Assembly (NCBI GenBank): GCA_028280505.1
Contig: JANQLO010000081.1
Location: 14,614 to 54,613 of the forward strand
Direction of reading: 5' to 3'
DNA: 40,000 bases
From: Chromatiales bacterium
GTDB lineage: Bacteria > Pseudomonadota > Gammaproteobacteria > Chromatiales > Chromatiaceae
Position numbers and translations under genes: made by a program. The notes under the pieces were generated by a model. The model saw nothing but the letters and a program-made list of their open reading frames with translations. It made no database searches and was not told where the DNA came from. Below, piece after piece: positions 9,332 through 16,939 of this stretch; within the stretch, counting starts at the first letter, position 1; the number at the start of each line of letters is the position of its first letter.

Positions 9332-10189
9332 ATGAGTACTCTGAGTTTTCGTTGCGGCATGGCCTTGCTTGCCATGATGTTTGCCATTCCTGTGTCCGCC
9401 ATTCCGGCAGCCGACGAGATTCTCGTTGCCAATCCGTATGCGCGTGCCGTTCCTCCGATGATGGAGAACAGCGCGATGTTTGTAACGCTGAAGAATACCG
9501 GCGCGAGCGATCGGGCCCTTGTGAGCGCCAGCAGCCGTGCTGCCGAGGTCGTAGAGCTGCATACACACGTCAAAGACGGTGATGTCATGCGGATGCGGCA
9601 GATCGATAAGATCGAGATCAAAACCGGTCAGTCGGCGGTTCTCGAGCCGGGTGGTTTGCACGTGATGCTGATCGGGCTCAAGCGACCCTTGATGCCCGGT
9701 AGTACCGTACAGGTCGATTTGCACTTCGATGATGGCAGCAGCAAAGCGGTCGTTGCGCCGATCAAGTCGATTGCCGGCATGCATGCCGGCAGTGGTCATG
9801 CGATGCAGGGTAGGGGGAAATCCTCGGAGCCCATGTCCCCGGTATTCATCAATCTCACCACCGATGACAATTGGCGTGCAGGGATGGCGCTGCACTGGGC
9901 GCGTATGGCGCTCAAACGGGGCCATGAGGTGACTATCTGGCTGAACGTCGAGGCGGTGCGTATCGCCGTCAAGCGCATCGGCCATCCCATACATGCCATG
10001 CAGAACAAGTCGGCCCAAGAAATGCTGCAAGCCGTTGCGGCAGATGGTGCTACCGTACTGGTCTGCCCCGGTTGCCTGAAGCGTGCGGGATTCAATCGTG
10101 GAGACCTGATTGATGCGGTGTCCACGGGAAGTCCGGACACGGTCATGCCGGCCATGTTCGACTCGAAAACCAAGGTGATCAGCTGGTAA
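9332..10189 (+). CDS. Periplasmic copper chaperone PCu(A)C (DUF461) fused to a C-terminal DsrE/DsrF-like domain
   Basis: ORF 9296-10189 trimmed to ATG 9332 (GGAGAG at 9321-9326). Signal peptide MSTLSFRCGMALLAMMFAIPVSA. PCuAC H(M)x10Mx21HxM-type motif (ELHTHVKDGDVMRMRQ ... GGLHVMLIGL). C-terminal ~120 aa resemble DsrE/TusD/YchN (PVFINLTTDD..., VLVCPGCLKRAGF, KVISW). Confidence 0.8.
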   Translation: MSTLSFRCGMALLAMMFAIPVSAIPAADEILVANPYARAVPPMMENSAMFVTLKNTGASDRALVSASSRAAEVVELHTHVKDGDVMRMRQIDKIEIKTGQSAVLEPGGLHVMLIGLKRPLMPGSTVQVDLHFDDGSSKAVVAPIKSIAGMHAGSGHAMQGRGKSSEPMSPVFINLTTDDNWRAGMALHWARMALKRGHEVTIWLNVEAVRIAVKRIGHPIHAMQNKSAQEMLQAVAADGATVLVCPGCLKRAGFNRGDLIDAVSTGSPDTVMPAMFDSKTKVISW

Positions 10190-10475
10190 GCCCAGCCCGT
10201 CGAGCGGGTAGCCGCGGCTTGCGGTGACCGCTCGTTCGGGCAGCGGTACCTACTTGTCCATAGGGCTGGCTGTCTCTGCAGCTGGCGATGCTGGGCACAT
10301 AATACTGGCTTGAAAACCGGTTTGTGCGTCAGTGTTCTCGTTTGCGCCTATTTCACGGAAGTGTGACATAGGTTGCGCAACACGGATGTCGTCTGTAACC
10401 GGGACGGCACACCGAGGGTTGACGGAGACCCCGAAAGCCCAGCGTTCTTGCGGCCGTACAGGCAATTCAATCGAT

Positions 10476-10491
10476 TGGCACTTTCATTGCA
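10476..10491 (+). promoter_or_regulatory. Sigma54 (-24/-12) promoter upstream of mtoX
   Basis: TGGCAC-TTTCA-TTGCA is an exact match to TGGCAC-N5-TTGCW, 128 nt upstream of the mtoX ATG. An imperfect inverted repeat TTGCGCCTAT...ATAGGTTGCGCAA lies at 10342-10380, at enhancer-site distance. Confidence 0.6.
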
Positions 10492-10618
10492 AAGCAGTGA
10501 TTTAGCTGCTCGCAAAAAAAGCAGCAAAAGTGCGGTTTGCATCAGGCCTGAGCGGTTGAGGCTGCAGTCCAGCACGCCACTATCAGTAACAGAGCCAGAA
10601 ATTTTGGAGGAACACTGA

Positions 10619-12001
10619 ATGCGTTCTGAAACACTCAAGAAATGGCGCCGGACAGTCTTGGCAATCGGTCTTGCCAGCTCCGCTGCGATGGCCGCGATGG
10701 TCACGCCGGCTTTCGCCGACGAGACTTGCATGTCGCCTTACATGGCCAAGATCGTTGGCCAAGAAGACTTCGTGTATGTGTGGACGCTTGGCATCGAGGG
10801 TGTCGGTGATGGCCAGGACAAGCTGGTCACGGTCGACGTCAACCCGAAGTCGAAGAACTATGGCCAAGTCATCCATGCCTTGTCGGTCGGTGGTCGTAAC
10901 GAAGCCCATCATTCGGGTCTGACCGATGATCGCCGTTATCTCTGGGCCGGCGGTTTGGATACCAACAAGCTGTGGATCTTCGATGTGCATACCGATCCGG
11001 CCAAGCCGCGGCTGAAAAAGGTTGTCACCGACTTCGTCGCGAAAAGTGGCGGCGTGGTGGGTCCGCATACAACCTATGCACTGCCCGGCAGAATGATGAT
11101 TACCGGACTGTCCAACAACAAGGATCACGGCGGTCGTACCGCGCTGGTCGAGTACACCAACGAGGGCGAGTATGTCGCCACGTACTGGATGCCGACCGAT
11201 GAGAATCTTCAGGGTGCCGTGAAGAGCGGCAAGTATGCCGATGGGTATGGTTATGACGTCCGCGTACTGCCACGCCGTAACATGATGGTGACTTCGTCAT
11301 TCACCGGCTGGTCGAACTACATGATGGATTTCGGCAAGATGCTGCAGGACAAGGAAGCCATGAAACGCTTCGGCAATACCGTCGTGATCTGGGATTTGCA
11401 CCAGCGCAAGCCGAAGAAGGTGCTGGACGTTCCCGGTGCACCGCTGGAGATTCGTTGTGCATGGCAGCCAACCAATAACTGGTGCCTGACGACGACCGCC
11501 CTGACGTCAAAGGTCTGGTTGATCTACGAAGACGACGCGGGCGAATGGCAGGCCAAAGACGTCGCGGATATCGGTGATCCGTCCAAGGTGCCGCTGCCGG
11601 TCGCGTTCTCGATCGCACAGGACGATTCCGGCTTTCTGCTCAACACCTTCATGGACGGCAAGGTCCGTTATTTCGATCTCAGCGATCCGCACAAGCCGGT
11701 GCAGAAGTACGAGAAAGTGATCGGCAAGCAGGTGAATATGATCTCCGGCAGTTGGGACTGGAAGCGCCAGTACTTCACCAGTTCGCTGCTTGCCAACTGG
11801 GACAAGAAAGGTGGTGACGGCGAGCAGTTCTTCCGCGCCTACGATTGGGATGGCGAGAAGCTGACCAAGCGTTTCGAGATCGACTTCATTGAAGCGAAGC
11901 TCGGACGCGCTCACCAGATGCGGTTCGGTGCCTATGCGCTGTATGCCAAACACAGGCCGGCGCAGCAGCCCGAAGGTTCGGCCCTGGCATCTGCGGAATA
12001 A
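10619..12001 (+). CDS. mtoX: Methanethiol oxidase, selenium-binding-protein (SBP56) family, periplasmic
   Basis: 460 aa, GGAGG at 10606-10610. Export leader MRSETLKKWRRTVLAIGLASSAAMAAMVTPAFA (Tat-like RR). SBP56-type sequence throughout (GYDVRVLP, VVIWDL, FFRAYDWDG...). Followed by SCO1-like/MauG genes, as recalled for described mtoX loci. Confidence 0.82.
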   Translation: MRSETLKKWRRTVLAIGLASSAAMAAMVTPAFADETCMSPYMAKIVGQEDFVYVWTLGIEGVGDGQDKLVTVDVNPKSKNYGQVIHALSVGGRNEAHHSGLTDDRRYLWAGGLDTNKLWIFDVHTDPAKPRLKKVVTDFVAKSGGVVGPHTTYALPGRMMITGLSNNKDHGGRTALVEYTNEGEYVATYWMPTDENLQGAVKSGKYADGYGYDVRVLPRRNMMVTSSFTGWSNYMMDFGKMLQDKEAMKRFGNTVVIWDLHQRKPKKVLDVPGAPLEIRCAWQPTNNWCLTTTALTSKVWLIYEDDAGEWQAKDVADIGDPSKVPLPVAFSIAQDDSGFLLNTFMDGKVRYFDLSDPHKPVQKYEKVIGKQVNMISGSWDWKRQYFTSSLLANWDKKGGDGEQFFRAYDWDGEKLTKRFEIDFIEAKLGRAHQMRFGAYALYAKHRPAQQPEGSALASAE

Positions 12002-12011
12002 CCTCCGTGTA

Positions 12012-12090
12012 CCCCTATGCCGACGTGGTTCGGCGGCATAGGGGCTTCCTCTACGGTGATTTGCCCCCAGCATGGCGGGGGCGCTTTTTT
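12012..12090 (+). terminator. Tandem hairpins after mtoX; the second is a Rho-independent terminator
   Basis: Hairpin 1: CCCCTATGCCG (12012-12022) pairs with CGGCATAGGGG (12034-12044), with no T tract. Hairpin 2: GCCCCC (12063-12068) pairs with GGGGGC (12077-12082), followed by GC TTTTTT (12085-12090). Confidence 0.65.
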
Positions 12091-12114
12091 CCGCATTCTT
12101 GAGGGAGAACGATC

Positions 12115-14067
12115 ATGTTATCGATGATGAGCCGGGGATTTTTGTCGTCGTTGTTGTCGATAGTCGTATTTGCCGGCACGCCGTTTGCCGAGACGAGCGA
12201 CAAGCCGCTCGTACTAGCCCCTTTTTATACCGAAGCAGAGTTTGATCCACCCCCGCCGGGTAGCTATGCGTTGCCAATGCTCGGCTACGCTTCCGACGGC
12301 GCCATACTCAATACACTGGGGCGAAGCGAGAGTCTTCACGAGCACTTTGGCGATGGCAAGGTTGTCCTTCTGAGTTTCATTTTCAGTACCTGTACCGACA
12401 TCAACGGCTGCCCGCTGGCGACCGCCGTGATGTATCGCATTCAACAGAAACTCAAAGATGATCCGGCAATCGGCGAACGTTTTCGCATGATCAGCTTGAG
12501 TTTCGATCCGGCCTACGACACGCCCGAGGTCATGGCGCTCTATGGATCGGACTTCAGCCAACAGGGCGATTGGCGTTTTCTGACCACGGCATCGTGGGAC
12601 GATCTTCAGCCCATTCTCGACAGCTATGGCCAGTCGGTGATCCAGGATATTGATGAAAACGGTAAGCCGCTACCGTCGTTCTCGCACATTCTCCGCGTGT
12701 TTCTGATCGATCCCGATAAACGTATCCGCAACATCTACAGCGTCTCTTTTCTCAATCCCGATCTCATCCTCAACGACGCCAGGACGGTGTTGATGGCGGA
12801 TGAGCCGGGTACCGATAGGCAAGCAGGGTTGCAAAAGGTATCGACCTTGTCCAAACCCGGTGACTATAAGGAAGGCTACGAATCCGATGATTATCGTACA
12901 CGCAGCCATGCCGTGGAGTTGCGCACCGGGCAAAAGGCCGACTTGCTGACCTTTATCGAGAATCCGCCGCTGGGTTTGCCGGCAGTCCCTCAACCCGAAA
13001 ACAATCCGGCGACACCGGCTAAGCTCGAACTGGGGCGCAAACTGTTTTTCGATCGGCGATTGTCACTCAACGACACCTTCTCCTGTGCGATGTGCCATGT
13101 GCCCGAGCAAGGCTTCACCAATAACGAATTGGCGATGGCGGTCGGTTTCGAAGGTCGGAGTGTGCGTCGCAACTCGTCGACGATATATAACACCGCCTAT
13201 TTTACCCGCTTGTTCCACGATGGCCGTGAAGAGTCATTGGAACAACAAGTGTGGGGGCCGTTTCTCGCACCCAATGAGATGGCGAACCCCTCGGTGGGTG
13301 CGGTGATCAGCAAGATTCGGCGTATGCCCGATTATGCGGGTCTGTTCGAGGCGGCCTTCGACGGTCGCGGCGTGAGCATGGAAACCGTCGGTATGGCCTT
13401 GGCCGTTTATCAGCGTGCGCTGGTATCGGGGAATTCGCCATTCGATCGTTGGCATTACGGCGGCGAGCAGGCCGCGCTTTCCGAATCGGCCAAACGCGGT
13501 TTCGAAATTTTTACCGGTAAGGCGAATTGTTCTTCCTGCCATACCGTAGGCAAGGGCTACGCATTGTTCACGGACGACCGATTGCACAATACCGGTATGG
13601 GTTATCGCGAGTCCATGGGTATCAAACCCGAGAAGCAGCGTGTGTTGCTCGCACCCGGCGTGTATGTAGAGGTCGACCGGGAAACCATCGAGTCGGTGGG
13701 CCTTCCTCGTCCACCCGATCTCGGTCTGTATGAAATCACCCAAAATCCGCATGACCGTTGGAAATACCGTACGCCGACACTGCGCAATGTCGCGCTGACC
13801 GCACCCTATATGCACAACGGTTCGCTCAGCACCCTGCGTGACGTGGTCGAGTTCTACAATAACGGTGGTGTGCCAAACGAATTGCTCGATCCACGCGTTC
13901 GGCCTCTGGAACTCAGTGATGAGGAAATCGACGACCTGGTGGTCTTCATGCGAAGCCTCACGGGTGATAATGTCGATACCATCGTCGCCGATGCCTTTGC
14001 TGCACCGGTTGGCGATATCACCATCGACGACCCGAATTGGGCACACGAGGCGACGGCCTATGATTAG
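12115..14067 (+). CDS. Fusion protein: SCO1/SenC-like thioredoxin-fold domain plus di-haem cytochrome c peroxidase/MauG domain
   Basis: 650 aa, GAGGGAG at 12101-12107, signal peptide. N-terminal domain: VVLLSFIFSTCTDINGCPLA (C-x5-C-P rather than CxxxCP), FRMISLSFDP, and His in SFSHILRVFLID. C-terminal domain: two haem-c motifs CAMCH and CSSCH plus TPTLRNVALTAPYMHNGS, typical of CCP/MauG. Confidence 0.85.
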   Translation: MLSMMSRGFLSSLLSIVVFAGTPFAETSDKPLVLAPFYTEAEFDPPPPGSYALPMLGYASDGAILNTLGRSESLHEHFGDGKVVLLSFIFSTCTDINGCPLATAVMYRIQQKLKDDPAIGERFRMISLSFDPAYDTPEVMALYGSDFSQQGDWRFLTTASWDDLQPILDSYGQSVIQDIDENGKPLPSFSHILRVFLIDPDKRIRNIYSVSFLNPDLILNDARTVLMADEPGTDRQAGLQKVSTLSKPGDYKEGYESDDYRTRSHAVELRTGQKADLLTFIENPPLGLPAVPQPENNPATPAKLELGRKLFFDRRLSLNDTFSCAMCHVPEQGFTNNELAMAVGFEGRSVRRNSSTIYNTAYFTRLFHDGREESLEQQVWGPFLAPNEMANPSVGAVISKIRRMPDYAGLFEAAFDGRGVSMETVGMALAVYQRALVSGNSPFDRWHYGGEQAALSESAKRGFEIFTGKANCSSCHTVGKGYALFTDDRLHNTGMGYRESMGIKPEKQRVLLAPGVYVEVDRETIESVGLPRPPDLGLYEITQNPHDRWKYRTPTLRNVALTAPYMHNGSLSTLRDVVEFYNNGGVPNELLDPRVRPLELSDEEIDDLVVFMRSLTGDNVDTIVADAFAAPVGDITIDDPNWAHEATAYD

Positions 14068-14566
14068 AATGCTGCCTGCGTTGTTACTCGGCATGACCTT
14101 GGCTTTTCCCGTTCAGGCGGCGCGCGTGATGAAGGCCTATGAGCAGCCCAGGCAGGCACCGGCATTCGCGCTACCGGCGGTCGATGGCGGTTCGCGGCAA
14201 TTGACGGATTACCGGGGACGTTACCTGTTGGTGAATTTTTGGGCGGTCTGGTGCAGCCCCTGTGTCAAGGAAATGCCGTCGATGCAACAGGCCTACGATA
14301 CCCTCAAGGACGACGGTTTGGCGATGGTCGCGATTCATGTCGGTCCGAGCGTCGAGGGCGCGAAGAAGTTTGCCGATGATCTCGGATTGAGCTTCGATAT
14401 CGTGGTCGACGAACAGATGGCCCTTGCCAAATGGCAGGTACAGGCCTTGCCGACGACCTTCCTGGTCGATCGAGAGGGGCGCATTGTCGCCGAGGCGCTT
14501 GGTGATCGGGATTGGGCGGGCGAGAGCTTGCTCGATCAATTAAAGGGTTTTCTCGAGACACGCTGA
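14060..14566 (+). CDS. TlpA/ResA-like periplasmic thiol:disulfide oxidoreductase
   Basis: ORF 13838-14566 trimmed to ATG 14060, which overlaps the upstream stop by 8 nt. Signal peptide MIRMLPALLLGMTLAFPVQA. Redoxin motif LLVNFWAVWCSPCVKEMP. Confidence 0.85.
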   Translation: MIRMLPALLLGMTLAFPVQAARVMKAYEQPRQAPAFALPAVDGGSRQLTDYRGRYLLVNFWAVWCSPCVKEMPSMQQAYDTLKDDGLAMVAIHVGPSVEGAKKFADDLGLSFDIVVDEQMALAKWQVQALPTTFLVDREGRIVAEALGDRDWAGESLLDQLKGFLETR

Positions 14567-14610
14567 TTCAGGCGGCCATACCCGACGGAAGAATCCCGCT
14601 CACGCATCGA

Positions 14611-14979
14611 TCAGTCGCGCATCGACCTCGGCTCGAGTCGCTGCGCGAAGTGTGCGCCATCGACCTCGCTCAGCCGGAGCAGCCAACCGTCGGCATACGG
14701 CTGATCGTTGACCAGGGTCGGCTCCATGATGCAGGTTTCATTGTGCGCGATTACCGTGGCGCTCAATGGTGCGATGAGGTCGGAGACGGTTTTCAGCGAC
14801 TCGATGCTAGCGCAACGTTCACCACCGACGAGATGTTGGCCCACGGCTGGTAGTCCAGCTTTTCGATGGTGCCCAGTGCTTGCTGTGCGTGTTCGGGTGA
14901 TACCCGAAATCCACTGGCCACCTTCTGGCATGACCCAGACATGATGCGGGCTGTAACGGCGGTCGTCAGGCACCGACAT
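14611..14979 (-). CDS. GcvH-like lipoyl-carrier protein (orphan; internal 14-codon segment appears out of frame)
   Basis: 122 aa. YSPHHVWV...GIT at the N-terminus, lipoyl-lysine context CASIESLKTVSDLIAPLS, and NDQPYADGWLLRL. The conserved EHAQQALGTIEKLD segment is encoded only in the +1 frame between about 14853 and 14897 (see finding). Confidence 0.7.
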   Translation of the reverse strand: MSVPDDRRYSPHHVWVMPEGGQWISGITRTRTASTGHHRKAGLPAVGQHLVGGERCASIESLKTVSDLIAPLSATVIAHNETCIMEPTLVNDQPYADGWLLRLSEVDGAHFAQRLEPRSMRD

Positions 14980-14995
14980 GGGTTTTCCTCAAGTA

Positions 14996-15027
14996 GAAAA
15001 AGGCCATCCGCGAACTGCGGGATGGCG
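14996..15027 (-). terminator. Rho-independent terminator after the FadL-like gene
   Basis: Minus strand reads GCCATCCCGC-AGTTC-GCGGATGGC (9-bp stem with one bulge) followed by CTTTTTCT. Lies between the FadL-like stop (15035) and the gcvH-like start (14979). Confidence 0.65.
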
Positions 15028-15034
15028 AGGTTGT

Positions 15035-16258
15035 TTAATTGAAGCGCCAGGTGAGCGCCGCGCCGACCTGCCAGGCGCCGGCATCCGCTTTTGTCGGTCC
15101 GATGGTCTCATCCCGCTCGAAGGCACGCGCAACGTGTGCGTCGATCTGTAGGCCGGGTTGAACTTCCCAGCCCAGGCCGGCGGTTAACTGGTTTTCCCAG
15201 ATAACCTGAGTATTGGTGGCTTGAACGTATTGCACCAATGTCGGATTGAGCGGCACCGTTGCACCCCCGAGAAAGATCGAAGTGGCATCGCCCAATCTCG
15301 ACCCCAGGTTGCGCTTGATCGGGCTTTCAGCGTGCGAGAACCCAATGCGCCACTTGAATGGTCCCCGGGTGTATTGGGCGCCGACGGCGTATACGGTCTG
15401 GTCGTCGTAGACATCCTCGTAGGTTTCCGCGTCACTCCAGTTCTTCCAAATCATATCGGCGGCCAGCAGCAGTTGACCGTTCATCAGGCTTTCGTTCGCG
15501 ATGCCGAATGCCAGTTCCTGCGGTTGTTCCACCGTCACGTCATGGAAGCCGTTCGCCGCGAATTGCACCACGCGCTCGTATTCGATCGACAGCGGACTTC
15601 GGTAGTAGGCACCGACGGTCGTTGCGCCGAGCGCATAAGTTGCGCCGAGCGTCCCGCGAATGCCGAAGTTGCTGGTCGAACTGGTGATGCTTTGCAGGCC
15701 GAGTTGTCCGAGTCCGTAGGCGATGGTTGCGGCGGCGCCGATCGAGAGATTGTCGTTGATCTTGTGTCCGACACCGGCGTTGGCACCGAACACCAGGATC
15801 TCGGCCAGCGGGTCCAGGCTGCCCGGCGTACCGCGAAAATCCGTGCCGACGCCCGATACGACGGTAAGGCCCAGGCCCAGTGTGGTTGAATCACCCAGCG
15901 ACTGGCTAACCGCGACGTTCGGTACCAGCCAGGGCCCGGCCTCGGAGTCGGCCGACCAGGCGGTGCCGGTCGCTGATCCGTCGTGAGTGTTTTCGACGTC
16001 GACGTTGTAGTAGGTCGCGCCGAACATGAACTGCGTGCCTTTGAACTGGGTCAGCGTGGCCGGATTGCCGAACACCGTCGAGCCGACGTCTTGCGGGCGT
16101 GCGATACCGACACCACCCATACCGCCGGCGGCAGGCATCATGGTCAAGTTGAGGTCGGTGCCATAGTTGGCGGCGTGCGCCTGTGCGAAGACGAGGCCGA
16201 TACCGGCAGCCAGGGCAAGGTAAGTGAACCGTTTATTCGTTTGTTTCATGGCGTTCAT
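15035..16258 (-). CDS. Outer-membrane transport protein, OmpP1/FadL/TodX family
   Basis: 407 aa. Signal peptide ...GLVFAQAHA, the family's N-terminal hatch motif (GGMGGVGIARPQDVGSTVFGNPATL), alternating beta-strand pattern, and a C-terminal aromatic end (LTWRFN). Confidence 0.8.
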   Translation of the reverse strand: MNAMKQTNKRFTYLALAAGIGLVFAQAHAANYGTDLNLTMMPAAGGMGGVGIARPQDVGSTVFGNPATLTQFKGTQFMFGATYYNVDVENTHDGSATGTAWSADSEAGPWLVPNVAVSQSLGDSTTLGLGLTVVSGVGTDFRGTPGSLDPLAEILVFGANAGVGHKINDNLSIGAAATIAYGLGQLGLQSITSSTSNFGIRGTLGATYALGATTVGAYYRSPLSIEYERVVQFAANGFHDVTVEQPQELAFGIANESLMNGQLLLAADMIWKNWSDAETYEDVYDDQTVYAVGAQYTRGPFKWRIGFSHAESPIKRNLGSRLGDATSIFLGGATVPLNPTLVQYVQATNTQVIWENQLTAGLGWEVQPGLQIDAHVARAFERDETIGPTKADAGAWQVGAALTWRFN

Positions 16259-16267
16259 CTCTGCGCT

Positions 16268-16813
16268 CTAGGCGGCATCGGTTGTCAGTCTGTGCAGTTC
16301 GCGTCCTGCGACCCGGGCGGTACCGCTAACGGATTGCGCACGAGTCAGAATGTCCAGTACCGGGCAGTGGTTCTCGACGGTATCGATCAGCTTACGCAGG
16401 CTTTCGTCATCGGCGGGGCTCTCGATTTCGGTTTCGAAGCTGATGCGTTTGTAACCCGGTGGGATCGACGCATCCATGCCGAACAGGCCCTTGAGATCGA
16501 GGTATCCGCGTGCGTTGACTTTGACCGAGGTGAGTTCGATATCCATCACTGCGGCATAGGCGGAGTACATGATCTCCTGACAGGTGCCCAGCGCGACCAG
16601 GACCAGCTCGACGGGATTGGCCGCGCTGTCCTGACCACCCAACTCGGGGGGTTCATCGACGATCATCGGTTCGAAACCACGGACCTTTGCCGAACAGCGT
16701 ACGTCTTCCTCCCATTCGGTTTCGGCACGGAATACGACGTTGGATAGATTGGGGTTGTCTTGAATGCCCCCAATGGTTTTCATCAGAGCCTCTTTGACGC
16801 TGGCTTGCGACAT
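16268..16813 (-). CDS. OsmC/Ohr-family protein (putative peroxiredoxin)
   Basis: 181 aa. PELGGQDSAANPVELVLVALGTCQ and ENHCPV motifs carry the two conserved Cys of OsmC-like proteins. Ends 9 nt before the FadL-like start. Confidence 0.82.
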   Translation of the reverse strand: MSQASVKEALMKTIGGIQDNPNLSNVVFRAETEWEEDVRCSAKVRGFEPMIVDEPPELGGQDSAANPVELVLVALGTCQEIMYSAYAAVMDIELTSVKVNARGYLDLKGLFGMDASIPPGYKRISFETEIESPADDESLRKLIDTVENHCPVLDILTRAQSVSGTARVAGRELHRLTTDAA

Positions 16814-16939
16814 GCTCAGTCCTCCTTTAGAACGAGTTGGTCGTTATGGAAGGCGGTCTCTGCGAACCGCTCTTAGGAGAACCTTAGGGATAGGAATGCG
16901 CGGTTAAAATTCGCGTGAATACGGTGCTGTCACGTAGAA

